Notes: generated from the sequence alone by a model not told the origin. A stretch of DNA of 64,000 bases from a bacterium (GCA_021157625.1 JAGGWD010000003.1:10633-74632); one strand, 5' to 3'; positions 1 through 9,428 are shown, counted from the first letter of the stretch. Translations and numbers: made by a program.

Positions 1-498
1 CTCAAAGAAACAAATCCTGATTCTATCATTATTTCCTCTCCTCATCCTGATTGGGGATTTAATGTTCCCTTATTTTTTTTGGCATCTGGTTTTGAAGGAA
101 AAATTAAAAAATATCTTCTGGGATTAGAAAGTCCTGAGTTGTATTTTAAAAAAGGAAAAGAAGTTTATGAAAAACTAGATAAAAACAAAAAATATGCTCT
201 TATTGCTTCGGGCGATATGTCTCATGTCTTAAAAGAAGAAGGCCCTTATGGTTTTCATCCTGATGGTCCAAAATTTGATAAAGCATTCATTGAGGCTCTA
301 AAAAATAAAGATATCCAGACAATTTTAAAATTAGATGATATCTATCCAGAAGCAGGAGAATGTGGATTAAGATCTTTTTGTTTTCTTCTAGGAATCTTAG
401 AAGCATCTGGATCAAACTGGAGAGCAGAAATTCTTTCCTATCAAGGACCATTTGGAGTTGGGTATTTGGTAGCTGAATTTGTTCTTAACAATGCTTGA
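1..498 (+). CDS. Class III extradiol dioxygenase / Memo-like (LigB superfamily) protein, 5' end cut by window edge
   Basis: Frame 1 is open from base 1; the track start at 79 is an internal TTG. Motifs SSPHPDWGF, ASGDMSHVL, GFHPDGPKFD and ECGLRS resemble LigB/Memo-type proteins. An AMMECR1 gene lies two genes downstream. Confidence 0.6.
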   Translation, partial: LKETNPDSIIISSPHPDWGFNVPLFFLASGFEGKIKKYLLGLESPELYFKKGKEVYEKLDKNKKYALIASGDMSHVLKEEGPYGFHPDGPKFDKAFIEALKNKDIQTILKLDDIYPEAGECGLRSFCFLLGILEASGSNWRAEILSYQGPFGVGYLVAEFVLNNA

Positions 499-1207
499 GT
501 ATTCCATGATTTTAAGAGATCTTTTCTTTGCTGGGTTATGTCTTAGCTGGGTTTATTTTGTTGCTGTCTGTGTTGCAAGAAATTTTTATATATGGCTTAA
601 AAAAAGAGGTAGAGATAGTCAATCCTCTTCTTATCTTGTCCGAAAATTTATTCATATTGTAGGGGGTGGCATTTTTTTGTTTTTTCCTTTTATTTTCAAA
701 GAAGTAATATTGCCATTTCTCTTCTGTATTATACTTGCTTTTATTTTTTATTATCGTCATTTAAAAAAGCAAAGATTTTTTTGGTTTCAAATAGAAGAGA
801 AAAAAAGCGAAGTAATTTTCTGTCTTAGCGCAGGTTTTACAATCCTTTTGGGATGGTGGATTACTAAATCTATGTGGTTTGGTATCGTTCCTGTTTTATT
901 TATGGCTCTCGGAGATGGTGTTACTGGAATTGTACGAGGATTAAAATATGGTAAACAGAAAAAATACTGGGAAGGAAGTGCAGCGATGCTTGCAGTCTCG
1001 GTAATGATAGGTCTGATAAAGTTTGGAATAGGTGGAATATTTGCTGCTCTTGGAGCAACTCTTGTGGAGAGATTGGAATTGATAGATGATAATATCTCTA
1101 TTCCTTTTGTTTCTTTAATAATATTGATATTTTTTTGGTTGTATTTTCCTTCTTGGATTAATTCTCCCTGTCCTGTTCTCATTGAAAAAATATTCTCTTT
1201 GATTTAA
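491..1207 (+). CDS. Polytopic membrane protein, CTP-dependent polyprenol (dolichol/phytol) kinase / cytidylyltransferase-like family
   Basis: About 7 hydrophobic segments. The ALGDGVTGIVRGLKYG motif resembles the GDxxA/TxxxG signature of the dolichol kinase/CdsA superfamily. The first ATG is at 491; the track start at 479 is a TTG. Confidence 0.5.
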   Translation: MLEYSMILRDLFFAGLCLSWVYFVAVCVARNFYIWLKKRGRDSQSSSYLVRKFIHIVGGGIFLFFPFIFKEVILPFLFCIILAFIFYYRHLKKQRFFWFQIEEKKSEVIFCLSAGFTILLGWWITKSMWFGIVPVLFMALGDGVTGIVRGLKYGKQKKYWEGSAAMLAVSVMIGLIKFGIGGIFAALGATLVERLELIDDNISIPFVSLIILIFFWLYFPSWINSPCPVLIEKIFSLI

Positions 1208-1216
1208 AATAAATCT

Positions 1217-1783
1217 ATGCATCCTCTGGTTGAGCTTGCAAAATCAGCCATAGAAACTTATATAGAGGAAGGGAGGCTTATTCTACCTCCTCCTGATTTT
1301 CCTCAGGAATTTTTGACTAAAAAATCAGGAGTATTTGTCACTATTAAAAAACAGGGGCGTTTGCGAGGTTGTATTGGTACTTATCTTCCTACCCAAGAAA
1401 ACATTGCCAAAGAAGTTATTAGAAATGCTATTTCGGCTGCTACCCAAGATTATCGATTTGGTCCTGTAAGTAAAGAAGAATTGCCCTTACTTTCCTATAC
1501 TATTTATATCTTAAGCGAGCCAGAACTTATAAAAAGCAAATCAGAACTGGACCCCAAAAAATACGGAATTATTGTAAAAACAACTCCTTTCAGTAACACA
1601 GACAAAACAGATGCTATTTTTGATGGAAGAATTCCTGTCAAAACAGGAATATTGCTACCTGATTTAGAAGGGATAGATACGCCCGAAAAACAAATTCTTA
1701 TTGCATGCCAAAAAGCTGGAATTGATCCTCAGACAGAAAAGATTTTAATATATAGATTCTCGACAGAAAAGTATGGTGAATAA
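1217..1783 (+). CDS. AMMECR1 domain protein (AmmeMemoRadiSam system protein A-like)
   Basis: The hallmark LRGCIGTY motif follows GVFVTIKK. Length of 188 aa is typical of the family. Confidence 0.85.
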   Translation: MHPLVELAKSAIETYIEEGRLILPPPDFPQEFLTKKSGVFVTIKKQGRLRGCIGTYLPTQENIAKEVIRNAISAATQDYRFGPVSKEELPLLSYTIYILSEPELIKSKSELDPKKYGIIVKTTPFSNTDKTDAIFDGRIPVKTGILLPDLEGIDTPEKQILIACQKAGIDPQTEKILIYRFSTEKYGE

Positions 1784-2441
1784 AAAACTATCAGAAATTT
1801 TATTTGAGATAGCACAACTGCTTGAAATTAAAGGTGTTTCCTACAAACCAGCAGCTTATAGAAAAGCTGCTGAGGCATTGCAGAACTTAGATAAGGATAT
1901 TTCAGAAATATATAAAGAATCAGGAATCAAAGGAATTCAAAAGATACCTGGGATAGGAAAAAGTATTGCTCAAAAAATCGAGGAATATATCAAAACAAAA
2001 AAGATTAAATATTATCTGGATTTAAAAGAAGAAACGAAAATCAGACAAATTGTTACCCATTATTTTAAGACAAAAGGCCTGTCCTTGAAAGAACTCAAGA
2101 GAAACGCTAAGAAGAAAAAAATAATATATTCCAGGTTTACCAAGCCTGCCAAACAATTATTGGAATTAGCGGGATCTGTTGAGAAAGCAAAAGAAGCTAT
2201 TGATAAAGTAGCTCAATGGGCACAATCCAGAAATCTTGATTATGCAATCGAGACAGTGTTTAAAAAATGGCTAGAGCTTGATAGGTTAAAACCAAAAGAA
2301 GTAGTTAAGAAACCATTCTATAAAGGTAACCCAATGGTGTGGTCTGAGACTAAGAAAAAATGGTATGTTATTGATAAAAATGGAAATTGGCTTGAATTTG
2401 CAGGCAAAAAATCAGATATAGAATGGAAAATCATTAAATAA
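1773..2441 (+). CDS. Helix-hairpin-helix protein: PolX-type N-terminal (8-kDa/HhH) domain fused to an unknown C-terminal domain
   Basis: The first ~85 aa (LSEILFEIAQLLEIKG..YKPAAYRKAAEAL..IPGIGKSIAQKIEEYIKT) match the N-terminal DNA-binding domain of family X polymerases. No polymerase palm or PHP domain follows. Confidence 0.55.
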   Translation: MVNKKLSEILFEIAQLLEIKGVSYKPAAYRKAAEALQNLDKDISEIYKESGIKGIQKIPGIGKSIAQKIEEYIKTKKIKYYLDLKEETKIRQIVTHYFKTKGLSLKELKRNAKKKKIIYSRFTKPAKQLLELAGSVEKAKEAIDKVAQWAQSRNLDYAIETVFKKWLELDRLKPKEVVKKPFYKGNPMVWSETKKKWYVIDKNGNWLEFAGKKSDIEWKIIK

Positions 2442-2442
2442 A

Positions 2443-3390
2443 ATGAAAAAAAATCTAAAAATTATATTTATAGGAACACCTGAGTTTGGAGCTGTAATTC
2501 TTCGCGAATTAATTTTAAATAAATTAAAACCGGTACTGGTGATCACTGCTCCAGATAAGCCTCGAGGAAGAAGACAGATGGTGCTACCTCCGATAGTAAA
2601 GATTGTAGCAGAAAAATACAACATTCCTGTCCTGCAAGCAGAAAAGATTGCCACGCTAAAAAAGGAAATCTCAAAGATAGATCCTGATTTGATTATAGTT
2701 GCTGCTTTTGGACAAATTATACCTAAAACAATTCTCAAAATACCAAAGTATGGATGCATTAATGTTCATCCTTCTCTCCTGCCAAAATATAGAGGTCCAG
2801 CACCAATCAAATTTGTTATCTTAAATGGAGAAAAAGAAACAGGAGTTACTATTACTTTAATGACTGAAAAAATTGATAATGGCCCAATTATTGCCGCTGA
2901 GAAATTCATAATTAATAACAAAAAAATAACAAGTAAAGAATTAGAAAGAGATCTTGCCAGGTTAGGAGCAAAACTTCTAATAAAAACAATTCCTAAATGG
3001 ATAAAGGGAGAAATTCAACCACAACCTCAAGACGAATCGAATGCTACTTATACCAAGCTTTTAAAGAAGGAAGCGGGCAAAATAGATTGGTCTAAAAGTG
3101 CTCAGGAAATAGAAAGACAAATAAGAGCTTTCGATCCATGGCCAAGTAGTTTCTGTGACGCGAACGGAAAAGTATTAAAAATCTGGAGGGCTTCTGTTTT
3201 AAAACAAACAAAAAAGGGTCCTAAAGGACCACTGGGAAAAACATTTTTAGCACCAGATAATAAAATAGCAGTGCAGTGTGGAAAAGACTTTCTTGTTATT
3301 GAAGAACTACAAATAGAAGGAAAGAAAAGAACAAAAGTTGAAGATTTTTTAAAAGGAAATATTAACTTTGTGGGAACCATTCTTAAGTAA
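2443..3390 (+). CDS. fmt: Methionyl-tRNA formyltransferase
   Basis: IIFIGTPEFG, the INVHPSLLPKYRGPAPI (SLLP) motif, and the C-terminal OB-like domain. Confidence 0.95.
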   Translation: MKKNLKIIFIGTPEFGAVILRELILNKLKPVLVITAPDKPRGRRQMVLPPIVKIVAEKYNIPVLQAEKIATLKKEISKIDPDLIIVAAFGQIIPKTILKIPKYGCINVHPSLLPKYRGPAPIKFVILNGEKETGVTITLMTEKIDNGPIIAAEKFIINNKKITSKELERDLARLGAKLLIKTIPKWIKGEIQPQPQDESNATYTKLLKKEAGKIDWSKSAQEIERQIRAFDPWPSSFCDANGKVLKIWRASVLKQTKKGPKGPLGKTFLAPDNKIAVQCGKDFLVIEELQIEGKKRTKVEDFLKGNINFVGTILK

Positions 3391-3402
3391 TTTAATTTTT
3401 AT

Positions 3403-3975
3403 ATGATTGATTATTCAGAACTCAAAAAAGGAACAAGAATAATTTTCAAAGGACAACCTCATGAGATTATCGAAGCATTTCCTATTTTTAAAGGAAGGGG
3501 TCATTCCACTCTTCAGGTAAAGTTAAAAAATCTTATCAATGGGAATGTAATTTCTGATACATTTCATCCTTCTGATTCTTTTGAAGAAGCAGCATTGGAA
3601 AAAATAGATGCTACGTTCTTATATGCTCATCGTGGCAGATATTTCTTCTGTTATAAAGACAATCCTGCTAAAAGATTTAGTTTAGAGGAGGAAAAAATTG
3701 GCGAAAGTGCCAAATTTCTAAAACCAAATCAACCAGTGGAGGGAATTCTTTTTAATAATCAGATAATTAATATCTCTCTCCCTATAAAAATTGCTCTAAA
3801 AGTAAAAGAAGCACCTCCAGGTTTGAAAGGAGGAAGATCTCAACCCGGTACCAAGACTGTAGTACTGGAAACAGGAGCCAAAGTAGATGTTCCTTTATTT
3901 GTTCAAGAAGGCGATATTATAGAAATTAATACTCAGACAGGTCAATATACAAGAAGGATTGAAAAAGCTCGATAG
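3403..3975 (+). CDS. efp: Elongation factor P
   Basis: Full-length EF-P pattern (KKGTRIIFKGQPHEII..., KGRGHSTLQVKLKNL). The loop tip carries Arg32 instead of Lys. Confidence 0.95.
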   Translation: MIDYSELKKGTRIIFKGQPHEIIEAFPIFKGRGHSTLQVKLKNLINGNVISDTFHPSDSFEEAALEKIDATFLYAHRGRYFFCYKDNPAKRFSLEEEKIGESAKFLKPNQPVEGILFNNQIINISLPIKIALKVKEAPPGLKGGRSQPGTKTVVLETGAKVDVPLFVQEGDIIEINTQTGQYTRRIEKAR

Positions 3976-4033
3976 AGCATTTTTTGCTTTTTGAGATTTT
4001 TTCTTTTTTGGTATTTCAATTCGCACAAAAATT

Positions 4034-4834
4034 ATGAGAAAGTTAATATTTGTTAAGTTAGGAGGCGGGTTAATTACAAACAAGAAAAAACCATACACTC
4101 CTAACCTAAAGATCATAAAGCAACTCTCAAATGAAATCTTTGAAGCTAAAAAGAAAGGAAATTTTTCTTTATTGATTGGACATGGGAGCGGATCATTTGC
4201 TCATACCTCTGCAAAAAAATACAGAACAAATGAAGGATTTATAAGGAAAAATAGTAAATATGGATTTTGTGTAGTACACAGAGACGCCTTATGGTTACAC
4301 AAAATTGTTGTTGATAATCTTCTGCACAAAGGTATTGAGGCTTTTTCTATCTCTCCTTCTTCTTGTTGTCTAAAAGAGAAATCCGGAACTGTTCTTTGGG
4401 TTAAGGTAATCAAAAAAATTTTGGATTTTGATATTGTACCTGTAATATACGGAGATGCTATGGTAGATACTCAAAGAGGGTGTTGTATTTTTTCTACTGA
4501 AAAACTCTTTTATATATTAGCCCAGAAATTAAGACCAAAAAGAATAATTATTACTGATAAAGTAAATGGTGTATACACCGACAATCCTCTTAAAAATAAA
4601 AAAGCGAAATTTATTCCTAAAATAACTAAAGAGAATTGGCCTTCTATAAGAAAATGTCTTAAAGGATCTGACGGAATAGATGTAACTGGAGGAATGGTTC
4701 ATAAAGTTCAGGAAAGTATGAAAATTGCAAGAAGAAAAATAGAAGTGCTTATCATAAATGGAAAGAAAAAAGGCAATTTAAAAAAGGCTTTGCTTGGAGC
4801 AAACCCTGGAACTTTAATAAAATACGAAACTTAA
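4034..4834 (+). CDS. Isopentenyl phosphate kinase (amino-acid kinase fold, archaeal-type mevalonate pathway)
   Basis: VKLGGGLIT, IGHGSGSFAH, VPVIYGDAMVD and IDVTGGM motifs align closely with archaeal IPK as recalled. Confidence 0.85.
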   Translation: MRKLIFVKLGGGLITNKKKPYTPNLKIIKQLSNEIFEAKKKGNFSLLIGHGSGSFAHTSAKKYRTNEGFIRKNSKYGFCVVHRDALWLHKIVVDNLLHKGIEAFSISPSSCCLKEKSGTVLWVKVIKKILDFDIVPVIYGDAMVDTQRGCCIFSTEKLFYILAQKLRPKRIIITDKVNGVYTDNPLKNKKAKFIPKITKENWPSIRKCLKGSDGIDVTGGMVHKVQESMKIARRKIEVLIINGKKKGNLKKALLGANPGTLIKYET

Positions 4835-4843
4835 AATTAAAAA

Positions 4844-5545
4844 CTAAATTCCTCTTATCTTGCAAATGTCGAAAAATGGCTCAATAGCCTTTTTTATTTC
4901 TAAAAGATAATCATCTTTATATGGACGAATTTTTTCAAAAGCAGGATTAAGTGTTTTTTCTGGTCTGAAATTCTGAAGGAAATATTTTCCTCCTGGACCT
5001 ATCCATTTGGCAATTTCAATAATATCCTTTTTTTCTAAAAGCCCGGGAACTACTGTGGTTCTGAATTCATATTCTATTTTTGAATTTTTGAGAATGTTTA
5101 TGCTCTTTTCTATGTCTAAAACATTAACCTTTCTGCCCGCTGCCTCAGAATATTTTTTCTGTGGAGCTTTTATATCCATTGCTACATAGTCAATCAATTT
5201 TGCTTTGATTAATTTTGCTAACATAGAAGGATTAGAGCCATTAGTATCTAATTTCACTAAATAGTTATATTTTTTTATTTTTTTAATAAACGCAGGAAGA
5301 TCTTTATTTATAGTTGGTTCTCCTCCACAAATCACTACCCCTTCAAGTAATCCTTGCCTTTCTTTTAAAAAATCAAAAAAATCAGCTTCTTTAATACGAG
5401 GCTGATTTTCAATTTTTTCAGGAATAACAAGTTCTGAAGAATAACAGAAGGGGCAACGAAAATTGCATCCCACAACAAAAACAGTACATGCTATTTTGCC
5501 TGGATAATCAATGAGGGTAACTTTCTGAAGCCCACCGATCTCCAT
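4844..5545 (-). CDS. nrdG: Anaerobic ribonucleoside-triphosphate reductase activating protein (radical SAM)
   Basis: CNFRCPFCY radical-SAM cluster motif. Lies immediately downstream of nrdD. Confidence 0.9.
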   Translation of the reverse strand: MEIGGLQKVTLIDYPGKIACTVFVVGCNFRCPFCYSSELVIPEKIENQPRIKEADFFDFLKERQGLLEGVVICGGEPTINKDLPAFIKKIKKYNYLVKLDTNGSNPSMLAKLIKAKLIDYVAMDIKAPQKKYSEAAGRKVNVLDIEKSINILKNSKIEYEFRTTVVPGLLEKKDIIEIAKWIGPGGKYFLQNFRPEKTLNPAFEKIRPYKDDYLLEIKKAIEPFFDICKIRGI

Positions 5546-5550
5546 ATCTT

Positions 5551-7662
5551 TTAGAGAGCTTTTGTTAATTTAAATTCTTTTCTTTCTTTAAACTCCTGTT
5601 GCTTACCTTTATTCCATTGTCTTACTGGTCTAAGATATCCTACAATTCTTGAATAAACCTCGCAAGGTTGTTTTACTGTACATTTTGGACACTCAAAATG
5701 TTTACCTGAAAGGTAACCATGAACAGGACAGATAGAGAAAGTAGGAGTAAGTGAAATATATGGAAGCCGGAATTTTTCAAAAATCTTTTTGACTAATTTT
5801 TTAGCCACGTCAATCTCTTCTATCTGTTCTCCTAAGAAAAGATGCAGGACTGTTCCTCCTGTATATTTACACTGAATTTCGTCTTGAAGTTTTAGGGCTT
5901 CAAAAATATCATCTGTGTAATTCACGGGTAATTGAGAACTATTTGTGTAATAAGGAGCTTCCTTTGTGCCAGCAGTAATTATATCTGGATATTTTTCTTT
6001 ATCTTTTAGAGCAAGACGGAATGCAGTTGATTCTGCAGGAGTAGCTTCAAGGTTATAGAAATTTTCTGTTTCGGTCTGATATTTTATTAATCTCTTGCGC
6101 ATAAAATCAAGGATTTCTAAGGCAAATTTTCTTCCTCTACGAGATCCTATATCTTCTCCGATGAAATTAAGCAATGCTTCGTTCATTCCGACTAATCCGA
6201 TGGTTGAGAAATGATTTCCAAAATAACTGTTTCGCATTTTTTTCACTCCTGCAAGATAGTATCTTGAATAAGGATAAAGTCCTTTCTCCATGAAATTTTC
6301 TAGCGCTTTTCTTTTAATTTCTAAGCTTTCTTTGGCCAAATCCATTACTTCAGCCAATCTCTTAAAGAAATCTTTCTTGGTTTTTGAAAGATAACCAATT
6401 CTTGGAAGATTAATAGTTACCACTCCAATTGAACCAGTTAAAGCGCCGCTTCCAAATAATCCTCCCCCGCCCCGGTTATAAAGTTCTCTTTTGTCAAGAC
6501 GAAGCCGGCAACACATTGACCTGGCATCTTCTGGTTTCATTTCTGAGTTAATATAGTTGGCAAAGTAATTAATCCCGTATTTTGCTGAAGCCTTCCACAT
6601 AGGATTCAGTGCAGGATTATCCCATGGAAAATCTTTTGTAATGTTCACTGTAGGAATGGGAAAATGAAACGGGCGTCCCTTTGCATCTCCTTCAATCATA
6701 CACTCATAAAGAGCTTGATTTAACATATCTATCTCTTCTTGAAATTCTCCGTAAGTCTCTTTTTGAGGTTTCCCTCCAATAATAACGGGCTGATTAGCAA
6801 AGTTAGGAGATGGCACCACGTCAATAGTAATATTTGTAAATGGACACTGAAATCCTACCCTTGTAGGAATAGCACAATTAAAAAGGAATTCCTGAATTGC
6901 TTGTTTTACCTGAGTATAACTCAAATTGTCATATCTAATAAAAGGAGCGAGTAGTGTTGAAAACTCGCTTACTGCTTGTGCTCCCGCACTCTCGCCTTGA
7001 AGGGTATAGAAGAAATTCACCAATTGCCCAAGAGCAGTTCTTAGATGTTTTGCAGGTTTTGATTCAATTTTGGTAGGAACTCCTCCAAAACCTCTCAGGA
7101 GTAAGTCATATAAATCCCACCCATTACAATAAGTAGCAAGAGTATCCAAATTGTGAATGTGAAAATCTCCACTTGCTACTGCTTCTCTTATTTCTTTGGG
7201 GTAAATTTTATTTAACCAGTATTTTTTAATTAACATTGAGACTCCGTAATGATTGAGTCCCTGTAGAGAATAAGCCATATTAGCGTTTTCATGAACCTGC
7301 CAATCTATTTCTCCAATATATTGATCAAGACGCTCTACCGTTTCCTCGGTTGTGGCTACTGCTTCTCTTATTCTTCTTCTTTGCTCTCGATAGAGAATAT
7401 ACGCTTTTGCTGTTTCTACTAATCCTTCTAAGATTAACACCTCTTCAACTATATCCTGGATCTGCTCAACATCTGGAATTTCTCCCTTTCTAAACCTTCT
7501 GTTTAATATCTTTACAACTCTCTCTGCTAATTTTTTTGATTTTCTTCCATCACCTTCGTTGGTGGCAGTCAGTGCTTTGAAAATGGCGTCTTCTATCTTT
7601 TTTTGGTCAAAATCAACGATCTCTCCTGTTCTTTTTTTAACTTGGGTAATTTTGTTTTTCAT
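5551..7662 (-). CDS. nrdD: Anaerobic ribonucleoside-triphosphate reductase (class III RNR)
   Basis: N-terminal ATP-cone, a CCRLRLD segment, a C-terminal Zn ribbon (CPVHG...CPKC) and the glycyl-radical motif SRIVGYLRPV. Confidence 0.95.
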   Translation of the reverse strand: MKNKITQVKKRTGEIVDFDQKKIEDAIFKALTATNEGDGRKSKKLAERVVKILNRRFRKGEIPDVEQIQDIVEEVLILEGLVETAKAYILYREQRRRIREAVATTEETVERLDQYIGEIDWQVHENANMAYSLQGLNHYGVSMLIKKYWLNKIYPKEIREAVASGDFHIHNLDTLATYCNGWDLYDLLLRGFGGVPTKIESKPAKHLRTALGQLVNFFYTLQGESAGAQAVSEFSTLLAPFIRYDNLSYTQVKQAIQEFLFNCAIPTRVGFQCPFTNITIDVVPSPNFANQPVIIGGKPQKETYGEFQEEIDMLNQALYECMIEGDAKGRPFHFPIPTVNITKDFPWDNPALNPMWKASAKYGINYFANYINSEMKPEDARSMCCRLRLDKRELYNRGGGGLFGSGALTGSIGVVTINLPRIGYLSKTKKDFFKRLAEVMDLAKESLEIKRKALENFMEKGLYPYSRYYLAGVKKMRNSYFGNHFSTIGLVGMNEALLNFIGEDIGSRRGRKFALEILDFMRKRLIKYQTETENFYNLEATPAESTAFRLALKDKEKYPDIITAGTKEAPYYTNSSQLPVNYTDDIFEALKLQDEIQCKYTGGTVLHLFLGEQIEEIDVAKKLVKKIFEKFRLPYISLTPTFSICPVHGYLSGKHFECPKCTVKQPCEVYSRIVGYLRPVRQWNKGKQQEFKERKEFKLTKAL

Positions 7663-7692
7663 AAAATTGTTCTTGAAAAAAATTGTTATTTT

Positions 7693-7721
7693 ATTTTAAT
7701 CTTCTAAAAAAAGCGAGTCAA
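7693..7721 (-). promoter_or_regulatory. Candidate sigma70 promoter for nrdDG
   Basis: On the minus strand: TTGACT (7721-7716), a 17-nt spacer, then TAAAT-type -10 TAAAAT (7698-7693), about 30 nt upstream of the nrdD ATG. Confidence 0.45.
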
Positions 7722-7735
7722 ACTGTGGAAAACTC

Positions 7736-8326
7736 TCATATCTTTGAAATGAAGTTTTTAAGCACTTTAAAATCTTCTTCTAATATCTTCCTCATACCTA
7801 TATTATATGTCACCACTGCTGGATGATAAAGAGGAATGATTTTTATGTTCTGAAATAAATTTTTTACCTCAAAAACCTGTCCATGGATTTTACTTATCCC
7901 TTGAATTTTGTTCTTTAAGCCATATTTTTCAAAGATATAAGAAGTAGAATAGTTTCCTAAAGTACAAATTATCTTTGGTTTTATGATCTCTATTTGCCTT
8001 TCAAGATAAGGAGCGCAAGCCTCTATTTCTTTTTTTTGAGGATCTCGATTCTGAGGAGGACGACATTTCAAAATATTTGTAATAAAAATATCTTTGCGAT
8101 CTAGATCTACTATCTCTAAGAGATGATCTAATACTTTTCCTGCTGCCCCACAAAATGGTTTTCCTTCTTTATCCTCATTTGCTCCTGGCGCTTCTCCAAT
8201 AAACATAATTTTTGCTTTAAGAGATCCTTGGCCTGGTACAGGATTTATTCTTGTCCTCCAAAGGGGACATTTCTGACAATGAAGAATTTCTTGTTCTAGA
8301 GCTTTATATTTTTCTTCTAAATTCAT
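7736..8326 (-). CDS. Uracil-DNA glycosylase, family 4
   Basis: CQKCPLW Fe-S motif, GEAPGANED and the PFCGAAG motif. Confidence 0.9.
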   Translation of the reverse strand: MNLEEKYKALEQEILHCQKCPLWRTRINPVPGQGSLKAKIMFIGEAPGANEDKEGKPFCGAAGKVLDHLLEIVDLDRKDIFITNILKCRPPQNRDPQKKEIEACAPYLERQIEIIKPKIICTLGNYSTSYIFEKYGLKNKIQGISKIHGQVFEVKNLFQNIKIIPLYHPAVVTYNIGMRKILEEDFKVLKNFISKI

Positions 8327-8333
8327 TCTTCTT

Positions 8334-9419
8334 TTAACAGATTATACCTCCTCCTAAAACCTCTTGGCCTTTATAGAAAACCGCTGATTGGCCCGCGGTG
8401 ACGGCTTCTTGGGGACGAGTAAATATTACTTTGAGCAATCTTGAACTATAAGGTCTAATAATTGCCCACGCAGGTTTGTGTCTATATCTTATCTTGACCT
8501 TTATTTTGAGAGGTAATTGAGGTTTCTTTTCAGAAATCCAATTAATATCTTCAACGAGCAACTCTTTTTTCAATAAATCTTTTTTGTTTTTACTGACCAC
8601 AAGAACATTTCTTTTTAGATCCTTATCTATAACATAATACGGACCATCCGGTAGCCTTATACCTTTTCGTTGGCCAATGGTATAAAAAAACAATCCTCGA
8701 TGAAGACCAATCTCTCTTCCATTTTTGTCTATTATCTTACCAGGATTCTGTTTGAAATAATGAGTTAAAAAATCCTCTAAATTGCCAGAAACAAAACAAA
8801 TTTCTTGTGATTCAGGAATATCAAATAAAGGAAGCCCAAATTTTTTAGCTAATTTTTTTATTTCATCTTTTCTCAAATCACCTACGGGAAACAAAACACA
8901 AGCAAGCTGTTTTTGAGTGAGTCGCCATAAAAAATAGGATTGATCTTTTTGTTTATCTTTTGCTTTTAGTAATTTATACTCTATTTTGTTATTTTTTCTC
9001 TTGATCTCCTTTTTTCTTGCAAAATGACCAGTTGCTATCAAGTCAAACCCCAACTCACGAGCTTTTTTTAACAAAAGACCAAATTTAATCTCTTCATTAC
9101 AAACAACACAAGGATTAGGGGTTCTGCCTTTTCTATATTCTTTCAAAAAATACTCGACTACTCTTTTCTTAAACTCTCTCTCGAAATTAAAAACATAAAA
9201 GGGCACAGAAAGATAATTAGCTACTTGCCTTGCGCGTATTTCTGCTTCCGGAGAACAGCATTTATCCCAGCGTTTATTCAAGCTGCCGGATACTCCCGAC
9301 CATAATTTCATAAAAGCACCAGCTACATCAAAACCTTTCTTCTTTAAAAGCGCTACAGCAACAGAACTATCTATACCTCCCGACATTGCACATAGAACCT
9401 TGAGAGAAGATTTTTTCAT
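8334..9419 (-). CDS. mnmA: tRNA 2-thiouridine(34) synthase
   Basis: The CAMSGGIDSS PP-loop and full-length MnmA pattern. Confidence 0.93.
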   Translation of the reverse strand: MKKSSLKVLCAMSGGIDSSVAVALLKKKGFDVAGAFMKLWSGVSGSLNKRWDKCCSPEAEIRARQVANYLSVPFYVFNFEREFKKRVVEYFLKEYRKGRTPNPCVVCNEEIKFGLLLKKARELGFDLIATGHFARKKEIKRKNNKIEYKLLKAKDKQKDQSYFLWRLTQKQLACVLFPVGDLRKDEIKKLAKKFGLPLFDIPESQEICFVSGNLEDFLTHYFKQNPGKIIDKNGREIGLHRGLFFYTIGQRKGIRLPDGPYYVIDKDLKRNVLVVSKNKKDLLKKELLVEDINWISEKKPQLPLKIKVKIRYRHKPAWAIIRPYSSRLLKVIFTRPQEAVTAGQSAVFYKGQEVLGGGIIC

Positions 9420-9428
9420 TATAAGATA

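Noticed and set aside
536-1182. Antisense or shadow ORFs throughout the track. Examples are 536..760, 787..1182, 2412..2759, 3102..3380, 6739..6954, 10453..10758, 13669..13890, 24120..24482, 26275..26565, 32700..33002, 37912..38268, 38697..39032, 46770..47115, 52237..52566, 60049..60444 and 61343..61690.
   Set aside because: Each lies entirely within, and opposite to or out of frame with, a longer ORF that has clear family motifs. They have low-complexity, antisense-type composition and no translation signals.
4835-4843. Missing terminator between the convergent IPK and nrdG genes (a 9-nt gap) as a sign of antisense regulation.
   Set aside because: The spacing is consistent with the extreme compaction seen everywhere in the window. 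No structure or motif supports a specific mechanism.
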